Shown: positions 37,301 to 49,773 of the stretch, piece after piece
Layout: the number at the start of each line of letters is the position of its first letter
Numbering within the stretch: the stretch's first letter is position 1
Assembly: GCA_047495785.1 (NCBI GenBank)
Contig: JBLDXI010000017.1
Location: forward strand, 620,001-684,000
Direction: 5' to 3'
DNA: 64,000 nt
Source of the DNA: Lepidodermella squamata
Lineage: Eukaryota; Animalia; Gastrotricha
Position numbers and translations under genes: made by a program
Notes under the pieces: generated by a model
What the model saw: the letters and a program-made list of their open reading frames with translations, nothing else
The model's database searches: none
What the model was told of the DNA's origin: nothing

Positions 37301-37487
37301 CGAAATTTGACATGACATCGTACGGCGCGTTGACCAGGCCTGAGTTGTAGCCGTACATAAATGACGTGCCGAGAACGGTCACGCCGATGGAGTAGACCAG
37401 GAAGAGCGTCCAGCCGGCTTGACGGGCTGGTTCTATGGCTGGTTCTATCGAGGCCGGCGAGTCATTATCCGCAGCTCGATCGACCAT
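34323..37487 (-). CDS. Facilitated sugar transporter, GLUT/SLC2A class I-like (MFS sugar porter); multi-exon
   Basis: Motifs YGYNSGLVNAP, DRFGRK, ELAPMKLRG, AESPRWL, SQQLTGI, DRVGRR, GPIPWFMTAEMFAQNSRP, NW and LPET. Confidence 0.93.
35105..35260. repeat. Degenerate 8-10-bp periodic A/T-tract array (TTTTGAAA / TTTTTCAAA) in an intron
   Basis: Repeated ATTTTTGAA units followed by inverted TTTTTCAAA units. Confidence 0.6.
36251..36652 (+). CDS. Secreted Gly/Tyr-rich (GGY repeat) protein nested antisense in transporter intron 1
   Basis: Signal MQVALAFFVLAVSLGLATS; GYG/GGY and GMSGLGGLGN repeats; WRR dibasic site followed by an acidic tail. AATAAA near 36697 and a TATAAG element near 36051. Confidence 0.88.
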   Translation: MQVALAFFVLAVSLGLATSFNLGSMLGGLGGLGSSGYGSGYGGNYGGGYGSGLGNMGYGGYGDSGYGGYGSNYGGGYGGGYGSGLSGMSGLGGLGNMGGMSGLGGLGNLGGMGGYGGQMWRRGLSFENDEEMV

Positions 37488-39475
37488 TATAAGTCGATGG
37501 CTTGCGACTTTATCTTCTGCTTTTCCGGAACTATTTCGATTGCTATTACCGATCGAATTTTTGTTAATTCTGCTGATGCTCAAGATGCCATTTTCTATAG
37601 TAGACATTAGAAAGTCATAGGATTTAAACAATTTAGATGTGGAGATTTCAAGATAAGAAGCATTTAAACTATATCAGGTTATGAATCCTTGAGAGGGTTT
37701 AGCCGAAACACGCCACCATATAAAGGAATTAAAGCTAAATCCCTCCGTTAAAGATAATTTTGGCTTGGTTGAAAAAATGGAAAGTCAGCTTTATTGTGAA
37801 TTCTAGTCTTATATGAGCTAGAAATAGAGTCATTGAAGGTAAATGCGACACATTTCAGTGAGGTGTGGCGCAACATGTTTCCACCGATGAATTACGGCGA
37901 GGCTTGTTTACGAAAATTAATTCAGTCAACGATGGCCTAAATAGCTATGGGGAAATTGAATGGACACGTTTATTGTGGTTTTTTTAGCAGATTGTCACTA
38001 CATGAGCGTGTTTTTTGTTTATCTTCCAGTCGAATTTTACCATTACCCCTTAGAATTGAAAAACTGTAATCGAGTCCGAGATAATAGATGGTCAATATGA
38101 GAAGGCCATGATGGTGAAAACGATCAGGAAATCCATCAATTATTATACATCCTAATATATATTATAAGCGTGTTTGTGTTTTTGTATTCTTGATGTGCAA
38201 GCTGTTTCTTTCATTCAATCGCCTATCTTGCGATATTCTGCGGCGCACTGTGCTGTTTCCAGAGTCTGTCAGCAAAAAAATGTGCGAGCTGTTTACGCCA
38301 GTTTTGAGGTTTTTTGCAACCTCCTCTTACCCCTTACCCATAACAACCCATGCATTATATTGTTCAAAGCGAAATTCGGGGCTTCAAATGCGGGTTCAAA
38401 AATGTATAAAATTTTAGCTTATTCGTCCAATTCGAGCATTGCTAGAGTTTCTTGGGACTTCGAAATTTCCTCAGGAAGGGGGAGGGAGGGGTTCACAATT
38501 GTGGAAAATCAAATATAATTCGTAGTATTTTGAACTTCATGCTATTCTCTATCCTGTCTTGTTTAATGAGGAGTTTTAAGAACTTGAGGAATTTCAAGCA
38601 TTCTTTTACCAATGGAACTCCTCAATTTCTTGAAACTCCTCATCATTAAACTGATGCGCATCGAATTCGCCTTCTGCGGAATTTTTTGGCCAACCTTTAG
38701 CATAATATAGCTCTCATAAAATGTGATTGTCTGCTCTGGAAATTTTCTCTAATTATGCCACGCCGCTGTCTTGGATACTGCGTGTTATATGCTTGATTAG
38801 ATCTCAGCCATTTTGTTACTCATGCGTCTTATCCTTTTTATATGTATTTTGTAATACGCTTCATATCTATGTTTTTTTGTACTTCTATTCCTAGATCGTG
38901 ATTTTGTTTTTATGATTTTAAATATGGTCAGTTTGCCGCCATTTGATGAGGCAAATAAAAGCGCAGTTGTCAGCTATGAATTCGCCTGTTTTTTTCGAAC
39001 GATGTTATTGCGCCATGAATTTTCCAACCAAAAACCGTTCTCTGCCCGGAAATTCCGGCTTGACAAGCGTTGAGTTGAAGGTGAGATCTACATGTCCCAT
39101 TTTTTTCGAAGGGTGTGTGTTTTGAGATAAATTGAGTAGTAGCCACCCAAAATCACTTGTCATTTGCGTTGCTTTGGCCGTATTTCTTATAGTGAAGTTC
39201 ACAAGTAATTTACAGGTCACACGACCAAGAAAGCAAAATATCGTGATGAATCATTTAGGCACACAGAGCATAGCGCATCAGATCTATCTTTTTTATTTAT
39301 CTATGAGGCGTAGATAAAAGCAGCTGAGAAACTCATCCAAGATATTAATTTAGACGGCGAACAACAATTAAGACCATCAAAGATCAACCAAGATCATCCT
39401 AGACGACCTAAGCTAAGATTTTCTATAAGATTTTGCAAGATAGTGCAGGAACTTAGCCGATCTTGCTGTTGACCA

Positions 39476-41618
39476 TTAGATATGTTTGCTGATCATCTCA
39501 GCAGCAGCGAAGAATGTTGCTAAGACCAATTCTCCTGGTGTCTTCTCTACTTTGCTGAGAATTTCAATCGTTTTACGCTTGTTAACAGGCGCAACAGTAT
39601 CATGGCAGTTATTCGCGAAATAGAGAGCGTCATGTCCATCCTTATCAACGGGTTTGAGTCCTGCACCATATTCATTTATCAGTAAAGCGACAACCTCATA
39701 TTTGCCGTAATATGCGGCGACCATTAACGGTGTAAAGCCATCAATATTTCTAACTGTCTCGATATTGGCATTGTACTCGCCAGCTAGTGTCTTCGCCACC
39801 TTGATGCGGCCATTCTGGGCAGCGATGTGCAACGGCGTAGAGCCGTTGTTATTGGCTGCCTCAACATTGGCGTTGAACTCGCCAGCCAGTGTCTTCACCA
39901 CCTCGACGTGGCCATTCCAGGCAGCGATGTGCAATGGCGTCCAGCCATCTTTCTCGGCTGCCTCGACATTGGCTTTGAACTCGCCAGCCAGTGTCTTCAC
40001 CACCTCGACGTGGCCATTCCAGGCAGCGATGTGCAATGGCGTCCAGCCATCTTTCTGAGCTGCCTCGACATTGGCTTTGAACTCGCCAGCCAGTGTCTTC
40101 ACCAACTCCACGTGGCCTTTCCTGGCAGCTACGTACAATGGCGTAGCGCCATTTTTCTGGGCTGCCTCAACATTGGCCTGGAATTGCTTTACCAGGATCT
40201 CCACAATGTCTTTGTAGCCTTGCTGAGCAGCAAGGAACAATAATGGAAACCCTTCATCGTCTTTGCTGTCAGGGCTAAGATCGAGGTCCTTGTTCGACAG
40301 TAGATTCACTAATTTCAACGCATCTTTCTTCGTCCAAACGCAGTCAAATAAGCCCTGATAATTTAAATGGCCAGTATTAACACATCGGTTTACTGAACGG
40401 CAATCATCCTGATCTGGATAGTAATAATCTCACCTTCGTAGCCTCTTTGGTTGGCGGGTTCAGTAGAAATTTGTTGCTTTCCAGCTGATCAGTTCTCGGT
40501 CGAGCCGCATCGTTCTTTGTTAGCATTGACATTACAAATTTCTGGAAATCTGTTGAATAACCAAGAAACTCGTTGAACGCCCGAGCTTCTTCTCTAAAAA
40601 GAGGACATTCGACATTATTTAGCAATTTAAAACTGAATCTTGCAAGCATAGAAAGGAGTATAGTATGAGAAAGTTAATCTGACTCACGTCATCATAGTAA
40701 TCGAGGAGTCGAACTAAACAAAATGAATAATTGTCAACTGCCAATGTTAAGCCCATGTCATACTGGTCGTTTGTAGTTCGCGACTTCGTAAAGCGTGAAA
40801 CCCAACGCCCAGACGTCACTTGCATGTGACATAGGCGCGCCGTTCCATACTTCAGGAGGCAAATAGCTCCACATTAATTGAAAGATAGTATTCATTTTTG
40901 AATTTCTTAAAATTTACGGTTGAAATTAATGTTTGACTTTGAAGTCTTAACTGAAGGCTTTACGTGTCAAAGGTTTCGATTATCCCTATCTCCGCCAGTT
41001 TCACAGTGCCTTGATATTTCGATAGCAGAATATTGCTCGGCTTTATGTTACGATGGAGTATGTCTTGATTGTGTAGATAATGCAAAGCCGACACAAGCTG
41101 GCTAGACCAACTTCGAAGTTTAATTTCACGAATCGGTTGGCCCTTAGCTTTGATCAAAGTTTCGAAACTTCCGCCCCCACAAAACTCCATCACCAAATGG
41201 CGCATCAAGTGTTCGTCTGGGTATTCTTCTAGAAACATCTTCGAGTTGAGTTTTACGTGAGTGCATTACATGCGAACCTTCAAACATGCCAAATACTCGA
41301 ACAATGTTTACGTGGTTAATTTTTAGCATTTTCAAATCCTGAAAGCAAGATATAAGACGCAGTGGTATCTAATTAATTCCATGCCTGCGAAAAGGATAGA
41401 TTTCTTACTTTTTCGCGAAGAAGTCGGGTAATTGTTTCGAAGTCTCGCTCGAATTCCTTCTGCAGCTTGGTCAGATCAGCTTTTTTAATGACGAAGTCGT
41501 AAGGGTAACAGTCATTGCGTCTGCATGTGTATGCGTTTCTAAGGAGTTTCTCGAAAAGCAACAAAGGCTTAGCGTCCGTGAACTCGGCTATTGATCCAAA
41601 TGAGTAGGGCGATGTCAT
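39476..41618 (-). CDS. Pseudokinase fused to C-terminal ankyrin repeats; multi-exon
   Basis: Kinase subdomains VIKK, HVNIV, LVMEFCGGGS, HRNIKPSN (HRD to HRN), KLAEIG (DFG to EIG), YLPPE, SDVWALG and RP. About 6 ankyrin repeats (GWTPLHIAAWNGHVEVVKTL). Exons join in frame. Confidence 0.85.
39866..40063. repeat. Two near-identical 99-bp ankyrin-coding tandem units
   Basis: The AACTCGCCAGCCAGTGTCTTCACCACCTCGACGTGGCCATTCCAGGCAGCGATGTGCAATGGCGTCCAGCCATCTTTCT block is repeated at 99-bp spacing. Confidence 0.85.
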
Positions 41619-41759
41619 CTCCAAGCAGCTAGACAATTTTCTCAAACAAACACTTGCTTCTATGGAAGTGAAAGTCAGTAGACAATATCAGCATTAAATG
41701 TTTCTTGCCGTTGGTTACAATGCTAAGAAGCGCGCGAAGGCTTCTTGGTATTGCGCTAT

Positions 41760-41792
41760 ATGTATATAACATGTATATAACATGTATATAAC
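41760..41792. repeat. 11-bp tandem repeat (ATGTATATAAC)x3 upstream of the pseudokinase
   Basis: Read directly from the sequence. Confidence 0.8.
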
Positions 41793-42829
41793 AAGTCAAG
41801 CACAGTCCTTCGGCATTTTTTCTAAATCTAACGGTTACAGTATTTTCTTATCAAAATTTTGACAACCGGTATAGGTAAGAAGATAACGATGACTACAGGA
41901 AAGCAGAGGCGTAGCAAGGATTTATTTCTGGGCTGATAATTTATTACCGTCTGATAACGATTTGAAAACGACTTAAGCTGACGCTTTTTTGGGCCGAAGA
42001 CAGGCTCAAATTTCATCTGAAGTTAGAGGATTCTTAGAGAACTTGTATTTGGCAACCACTGATGACCAGGAATGTTGTTGAAGAAAGGAGGGGGCGTGTT
42101 TTATCCACTGATCCCCAACCCGCCTCGTCTTCCTGGCTATACGCCCCTGCAGGAAAGACCTGTTTCTAAATTACGTTAAATAAATGCTGTTAAAGAATGA
42201 TCAGACTTTTGAGAGTGAACTTGAACTTGTCTACTGTTAATTCATTTCAAGTTATTTTACCGGAAATGGGAAATCAAACAATTAACTCGCCGACTGTTAT
42301 CCTGAATAATTGATTAAATTGACATTTTTTGTGTAATGACCGCGGTCGAGAAAAGCTGTTAGTGCCATTTACTCTTGGTAAAACCGTTTACAACCTGTGT
42401 ACAACCTGCGTTTTCTATAATACTTTTTCAGCCGCGGTGATATTTTGCTGGAATCTGAGTAAAAACCTGCCCCCATAAGCTTTGTTTTTAACGACCATAT
42501 GATATTGAGAACGTGAGAGACAAACATACGGCCGCTGTCGTTCAACAATGATTTTTACAACATTATTGTCATTTGAGACAATGTTCACCATCCTTAAAAA
42601 TCATTCTAGAACGCTGAAAACAGGTATGTTTAGTAGATTTTTGAGCCACTTATTTTGGTCAATTTTCCAGTGATTTTTTGAACCCTAATATAAATGAGTT
42701 GATAAATATACTCGATTCCATTCACATTTTTTTATTATTTGCTAATTGCCGGTTACGGTTAGCTAATTGAGAGAACAAACCGTAACCAGAGATGTGATAA
42801 TCTTGATCGATGTTCTCGTTTTCGTTTTT

Positions 42830-42900
42830 TGGCTCATAGTTGGCTATAATGGCCGTCTTATAATCTGGAGGTCATGAGTTCGATCATCACAGGGGGCGGC
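42830..42900 (+). repeat. Degenerate tRNA-derived relic
   Basis: TGGCTCATAGTTGG ... CTTATAA ... GAGGTCATGAGTTCGATCATC has A-box/B-box spacing like a tRNA, but the stems are imperfect. Confidence 0.4.
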
Positions 42901-43324
42901 GTCGTAGCTTAATACACCATTTAATTTTGAAAATATTTTAGCAAAGATTTGAAGAAAATCAACCTTTGGGCTATTTCAGAAAAATTTAATCTTTTTAAAT
43001 CCTTGGGAGATCAATTTTACATGCCCTCACCGCATTAAATATGAATGCGATGAATTCTTGCAGGATCATTTTCATTCTAACAAAACGACGGCTTTCCTCG
43101 CCGTTTTTTCTCACTTTTCAAAGCCTATGGTTACGTCATGTCGTCAATTTGAAGTGCAACGCCCTTTCAATGCGCCATTCACGGTGTCAATGGCTTCTAA
43201 ATGAAACAAAATTGACGTTGTACGAACACGATAGGGGTATCAATGTCAATCTTAAACACGATAAATCACATTTTTTCCTTCTCCAGAAATTTCTCTTGAA
43301 TTTACAGGAATTTAGAAAAAAATC

Positions 43325-45367
43325 ATGAGAAATTTAAAAGATTTCCTGCAATGGTTCCGCATCAAATCTGACGACAGTAGTGAGGACACTGAAGCTGGTA
43401 ATGTGACTACTAGGACCAATTCAACGTCCCCGCCTGGTCGAAATCACCAAGTCCATCCGTTGAAGCAGACGCCGTCTGGTCAAATGAACGGCGGGGTCAC
43501 AGATGGCGATGGCTGGTCTGACCTAAAAAAGCAGACTGTTTTTATTATACCCGACGACGCACTGTCCGACCGCGAAGGGTCAACGACGCCGTCGAAGCGG
43601 CGAGCCTTACGACAGGCGGATAGCTTAGTGGCTGATGTCAAGCACAGCGCTGATTTGCAAAAGGCGAAGATGAAACCGGTTGATACTGATTCGATTGCAG
43701 CGTCGCTGACGAAGGAGGACAGCGAGTGCCTTGGCTGCTTTGTGCCAGCTTTCACGGCGGCTCTGAAACGGCTGCATCAACATGACAACGATAATGATGA
43801 TGAAAATATCGTTGTCGAGCCCGGGGTCGATGAAAGCGATACAGGTATTTACGATAATTTGAAAAAATTCACTTCAGAAAATAATTTCTTTTGCCTTGGG
43901 TTAACTTTGAGCATATCCCATCGTCAAAGGTTTGAAATCGGCCTAAATTCTGAAATTTTATACAATTTGGTCAGATTGATTGAAATTTGATTGGTTTGCG
44001 AATTTAGGCAATTTTAGGAAGTTCCTGATTTTCGGAAAATCAAAACAATTTTTTCATAAATTGAACACTTGGCGTGTTAATATTTTCATAGAAACTTCCC
44101 TTGTCAAGTTCATACAAGAATGAGTTTTCATGTGATAGATATGAAGGGGTTCTAATTCCCAATGCAATTTCGGGGTTCGAAATCCGAAAGTGCATTTCTA
44201 TTGTTAAAAGAGCTATCCATTTTATTAAATCAAAAATTGGTTGTCCTTCAAGTTACTTCAACATTAACGCCAAACCCATTCGAAAAAGTTGGCAAGAACA
44301 AACTCTATGAAACAAGCTTTTCAATTTTACCGTTCTTTTGTCTTATAGTTCTTGTTTTTTTACGCATTTAATTTTCTTTCATGATCATGCAGGACATTAC
44401 TATGTACCCAGAAGAGTCTGGCGATCCCCAGAAAAAGAAGCCTGTAGGCAATCCGCGTCGTTGTCACTTGCCGTTGTGTTCTTGTCTTGTTGCATGAAAA
44501 GTTCAGATCATTTGCTAATCTCTAAATTTTGTAGTTCCAATAGTCTTATGATTCTAATGTTGTGACTTTTGCCTCGGGGAGTCTGATTAAATTCAATAAA
44601 TGTATTCTCAATGTCTGTTTTGTCACGTTGCACTACATCATTAGGTGCCTATATTTCAAGTTCAATCTTTTCCTGTTTTATTCAGCTTTCCGTCAGATGT
44701 TCGAAGCTTTAGACCGGGATGGCAGTGGTAGCATTGACATATTTGTAAGTCCAATATTTTCAATTATAATCGAATCAATCTCATTCACATTTATCCGTAA
44801 CAGGAATTGAAGAAAATGGTCGAAGGCCTTGGTCTGCCTTGCAAGAAGAGCGACCTTAAACGCATGTTTGCCCGCATCGATCGAGACAGTAAGTTCACTG
44901 AATTTCATTACAAATAAGGTCAGGAGTCCATAATTTCACCCTCAAGTGGATGGCAACATTTCATTTGAAGATTTTAAGGAGGATTTGATCAGCCGATGGA
45001 CTGCCCCTGAAGAACGGAGACACTTGCTTGTTCAGCTATTCAAGGTACATCAACAATGATGGCAATTGATTTTTCTTTAATTTCCATCTATTTTCAGATG
45101 TTCGACGTGACCGGTGACAACCAAATGCAGCCGAAAGAGGTGAAAGTCGTTATGATGAGTATCGGCGAGAAGGTTAGTAACCAGGAGATTGACGAAATGT
45201 TCAAGCAGTTTAGCCAAGACTCGGATAAAACAACCATTACCCTGGAAGAATTTGTAACAGCCATGGAAAAGCACATTGACTCGATTCTACCAAAACCGGA
45301 GACTGAAATTCCGACAAAAGTTATCAGCTATCCTAAAGGAAGCCCTTCAACCCAGTTAGTCGCTTGA
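43325..45367 (+). CDS. Calmodulin/troponin C-like EF-hand protein with long low-complexity N-terminal extension; about 5 exons
   Basis: EF loops FEALDRDGSGSIDIF..., FARIDRD(M)DGNISFEDF, FDVTGDNQMQPKEV and FSQDSDKTTITLEEF. Confidence 0.82.
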
Positions 45368-45450
45368 GTTACGAATTTTCCCTGAAAAATCCATTCATGA
45401 CATTCGGAAATGATCTCAAGTCATACCTTTTACCCAAAATAAAATAGCTT

Positions 45451-46647
45451 TTATTGCGCTGCTAGTTTTTTCCGCTGAAAATTACGGTAATACGTGTTAA
45501 TTCTAGATTCAACTTCTCGTCGAGACATATCTTTCTTCTTATCAGAGTCAAATAAGTTGTGAATCAATTGTTCACTTTCTGGTAAAACATGGGTAACATA
45601 CGCTCCAGTCGGATGCAGTCTATAAATGAAGTATTCCAGGGATAGCATGTAACCAGGAGACCCAGATACGTCGAAAGCTATCGCTGATTCAGAGCAGCAG
45701 GTCTCCCAATCCGTAGCCAGCGGATATTTAGCAACCATCCGCTGGGCTGAATCTTCCGGGAACAAACCAGTCTCCATGAAATCCCAGAGATTAGCCAGTA
45801 AGATAAATCTCGCCCTGCCTCGGTTGTCTCGAGTCTCACCAGGTTTGATTCCGGCTTTTTTGAAACAAGTTTCGGTCAGCAAATGCTCGTTCATAGCTAT
45901 AAAGGCACTTTTGTTGTATAAGCAACTTGGGTCGGTCCGTATTGCGTTCTCCACGACGTGAGCCAAGGCTCCCCTCGAAAAGACATAGGCACCATTTGCA
46001 ACGAAATCATCGACTAATTCCTGACCGAATAAGTGAGGCTCGCTTGTGTTGAATTGGGCTAGAAAAATCCTCAAATTCTCCATCACTACATAACTTACAT
46101 CTGTTGTTCGGAGGAACCAGTCGAAATCATCTTTAAAGTTGTCGTAGATCCATGGCAGTAAGGGCGCGTTTTGCAACGAGTAGGAAAGTATGATGTTATT
46201 CGAGTTGGCATCGAAGCCTAGACTGTATTCGGGGCCGGCATCAGTGGATTCGTAGACATTCAGCCATAAATTGCATCGTTTGGACCAGGTCGAGCTGATT
46301 TCGGCGTTGCAAATGATTCCAGGGAACACGGAATTGCATATGCAAAGGACTCGAATTTTGTCGTGTAGGACTTCGTTGATTTTTGATAGATCTATCCTAG
46401 TCTTATTCGCTTGTGACAAGATTAATGGAAGAATTGCCTTTTTAGGGCGTTGACTCGTATTTCGACTGAAGAAGATCACGATCGACAGCAGGCCGATGAA
46501 TAATGAGATTTTTGAACAAATAGTTAATTTAGCAAAACTGCGATAACCGTAGACGATAGGCTTCATTCTTTCCTTGATATCAAAAGAGGTGCCATCCACT
46601 GGGTTTGTCGTGAAAGCACGAATCGTATCAAGAAGAAACTGGGGCAT
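45451..46647 (-). CDS. GT31 C1GALT1-family pseudoenzyme (Cosmc/C1GALT1C1-like), unpaired copy, intronless
   Basis: Type II anchor, TWSKRCN, VMENLR, CCSESAI and EYFIYRL are retained. DDD is replaced (WFLRTTDVSY), ED becomes EH, and HY becomes DV. Confidence 0.8.
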   Translation of the reverse strand: MPQFLLDTIRAFTTNPVDGTSFDIKERMKPIVYGYRSFAKLTICSKISLFIGLLSIVIFFSRNTSQRPKKAILPLILSQANKTRIDLSKINEVLHDKIRVLCICNSVFPGIICNAEISSTWSKRCNLWLNVYESTDAGPEYSLGFDANSNNIILSYSLQNAPLLPWIYDNFKDDFDWFLRTTDVSYVVMENLRIFLAQFNTSEPHLFGQELVDDFVANGAYVFSRGALAHVVENAIRTDPSCLYNKSAFIAMNEHLLTETCFKKAGIKPGETRDNRGRARFILLANLWDFMETGLFPEDSAQRMVAKYPLATDWETCCSESAIAFDVSGSPGYMLSLEYFIYRLHPTGAYVTHVLPESEQLIHNLFDSDKKKDMSRREVESRINTYYRNFQRKKLAAQ

Positions 46648-47392
46648 AACTGAGTGTTTGTAAATGCGTGCGAGAAAACTTTCGTGGTCACTTTAATGTC
46701 ATTCAGACTTTTGTTCGTGTAAAAGGTGTATGCACATGTTTAAGGCACGTTTTACACGCTCACTTGTAAGTAATGTTAGTGATTCCTTATCATAACGAGA
46801 CCTGTGTCAAGTGGAGGCCGCCATACCCGCATGGTCAGCTTTTTAATTCATGTTACAGCTGAACAGATGATTGTTAACTCAAATTATCTAGACTAAAAGC
46901 TATGCAGAGAACATAATTTAGCTGAATGATGATGGCTTTTCGAATGCACTTCGTTACCCACCCCGGAAATAACGTGCTCAAAGATCCTGAGATCAGTTTT
47001 CAATCATCATTTCTTGACGGCTTGTAACGTCGATCAGCTCTAAATGTATACATTTAGCCAGCAGTACGTCTGCGTGTTTTCTAAGTAGGTTCATGATTTT
47101 GGGACCCTTCACTCAAACCTGAGGGACTCCGCTATTTGTTGTGGAAAATTTAAAAGTTACATCCTAAAGTGCAAAATAATATGCAGTGCCTCAGCAAGCC
47201 GCAAGCTTCCTTCCTTATAATGGATTAGCCGAGACAAATATTTCTTTCAGTGGGCGTGCTGTCAATGAGAGCAAGTTTGATCATTTTAAGTCTGAGGATA
47301 GCATTTCAAGATTATCCTGGAAAGTTTTGCTTAGCGCCTATCGCCTATCATTCGCCCTTCGTCCTATCGTTCTAAGTTTGAAAAATATACCT

Positions 47393-49717
47393 ATGTTGCA
47401 ATTTTCTTTTTGGAAAATAAACATGTTGTTATTTCAACTCATCGAGACCTTGCTGTCGCATTGCGTTGTTCTTGGAAGGAAGCCTTACACGATGAAGGTG
47501 TTTGAAATGCTTCCGTTGAGTGGTCAGGCGCCAAGAAACGGCCGTGACTGTCTATTCGGCTCTGAAGTCGCGATATCTGAAGTGAACAAGCGGTCTGATA
47601 TTCTCTCAGATTATCACCTAGAGCTTGTCGCAGGCGATGAGTATTCGGAAGGCTATAAAGCAGTAAGTGGTACTATGGAATTTTACCGTAATTTCGAGGG
47701 AAAACTCCGCGACAATGCGACTGAATTCATGTCCCCAGCTATGATTGCGGGATATCAAACTACTGGATGCCGCGGTATAGGCGGAATGTTGCATCATATC
47801 GGAATGGTTGCTTTCTCCATCTCGGCAGCTGGCACTGTCCTTACAGACAGATCTCGTTATCCGAATATTTATCTCACCCGAGCTCATTCTGTTAATTTGG
47901 TCCATGCCCACGTTCAAATCATGCGGAATATCGGGAAGTGGCGGAAAGCAGCGATTTTGGTCTACTTCCCAAACGCGGCCGATTTCACATCTGCTCAGCT
48001 TCTTCAGCAGGTCGCACAATATCATGATATCAAGATCGCAGCTTTTGATGGCATTATAGACTTCATGGATCCTACACCACTAATCAATATAAAAACAAGA
48101 GATATCCGCGTCATATTTGTTTGGACGTCTCTTCTGGTGCTGGGCAGACAATTTTTCTGCGAAACTTACAAATTGGGAATGACTTGTGATAGATACGTCT
48201 TTCTCTCACCGCTGAACCTTCTAACCGATCCTTACACTATTCCTGAAGTAGTTTACCCAGGCTGTACCAGGGAAATTATCATGCAGCAATTGAAATGCAC
48301 CTATGCTGCCGGGCCTCAACAAATCCCTGTTTCATACAGGGTCAAATCTTACCTTGGATATGACGCCAATGAATTCGAAGCGAAATTCGACAACATCTCA
48401 AGCCGGTCTCGCGATGTCGACTACCCGTTTCGATATCAATGCCACGACGCTGCTTTAGATGTTATCGTCACTTTGGAAGAGGCTGAGAAGGCTATGAAAA
48501 AAGATTCAAATGGCACATTGACCTTGAGAAATTTCACGGAAAAGCCTCAACTTGTCATGAAATACGTCAATCAGTCCGCGATTAAGCTGGATTACTTCGG
48601 TCTGAGGATTGGTCGAATAAAATACAGCGATGTTTCAGGGGAGCTGGCGACAGATTTCTCCAGTATTGTATATTGGGGAACGGGAAATTTATTGAACCTA
48701 GGGATGATCTTACAAAAGGACAACACATCTGGAAGGAGCAACGATGACTATGCCCCAGACCTGTCGATGGATTTCCCATGGCTCACTGCAAATGGAAAGC
48801 CGCCGAAAGATACTATTGAACACTTGTACGTCACAGATGCAGTGCAACCAGAAGTATTCGTAGCTATTACGGCTCTAAACATTATTTGGACTTTGCTCTC
48901 GTCCTGGGGACTCGCTAGAAACCTGAGACAACCCCACTCGCGAGATAAATTGATCAAATTGCTCGCGTTCGGCGGATGTCTATTTTTGAATCTATCATCA
49001 TTTTTATTCGCGATCAACCTAACATCGGTCGATTCTGTTGCAATTTGGAACCTGCGAATCTCGTGTCTTGCCCTTGGTCTATCAGTAATCAATGGAATCA
49101 TTTTCGGTCGGATGTATTCTTTCAAGATCGATCTGGATGAAAGTTTATTTCGGGTGGCTAGCAGCAAGGTTAGCATATATCTGGCCAGAAGCTCATCTCG
49201 AAATTCTTCACGATCTTCTGCCGCGGCAACTCCCAATGTTCGACTGCCCATAGCGTTGAATCGCAAGAGCATTTATTACGTAGCTGCAGCTGTTAGCATA
49301 GCATGTGCTGTAGTCATTCTGTGGCTGGCATTCGACCCTTTAGTTTGCACAACAGTCAGTAAGTCTTATTTCTACGATTTTATCGTCGACGCTTACTTGG
49401 AGAGAATGGCTTTGTATTGCTTCTCGAAATTCCAAGCTGCTTGGCAGTTCTCTCTCGCCGGTTTTCACGCAATTCTCCTCGTTTTCTCTGCATACTATGC
49501 GTATTACTTGCGAAGCAAATCTGCGAACCGTTACATTCCTGAATTTTAATACCCTACACTCCTTGCGTTATTTACTGGAATAGGACTGATACCAGCAGCC
49601 ATTCTCATCCTTTTAACTCTCAGGGACCCTGTTGCCCAAGACCTTGTCATTGCCGTTGTTTCATTTTTATATTCAGTAGTTACAGGGTTTTCAATGTATT
49701 GTTACTCGAAAGCATGA
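47393..49717 (+). pseudogene. Intronless class C (GABA-B-like) GPCR with one in-frame TAA at 49547-49549 between TM5 and TM6
   Basis: Venus-flytrap motifs (AISEVNKRSDILSDYHLEL, LTDRSRYPNIY, WRKAAIL, PPKD) and TM1-5 (WLAFDPL). The same frame after the TAA gives two more hydrophobic helices ending ...YSKA*. Confidence 0.75.
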
Positions 49718-49773
49718 ATATTTGACTGCAATTTGGGAAATACAAAATGTGGAAGCTCAAGAGACTTCAGCAA

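Noticed and set aside
39476-40318. Bacterial (endosymbiont) ankyrin gene or contamination
   Set aside because: It is joined in frame through GT-AG introns to upstream kinase exons.
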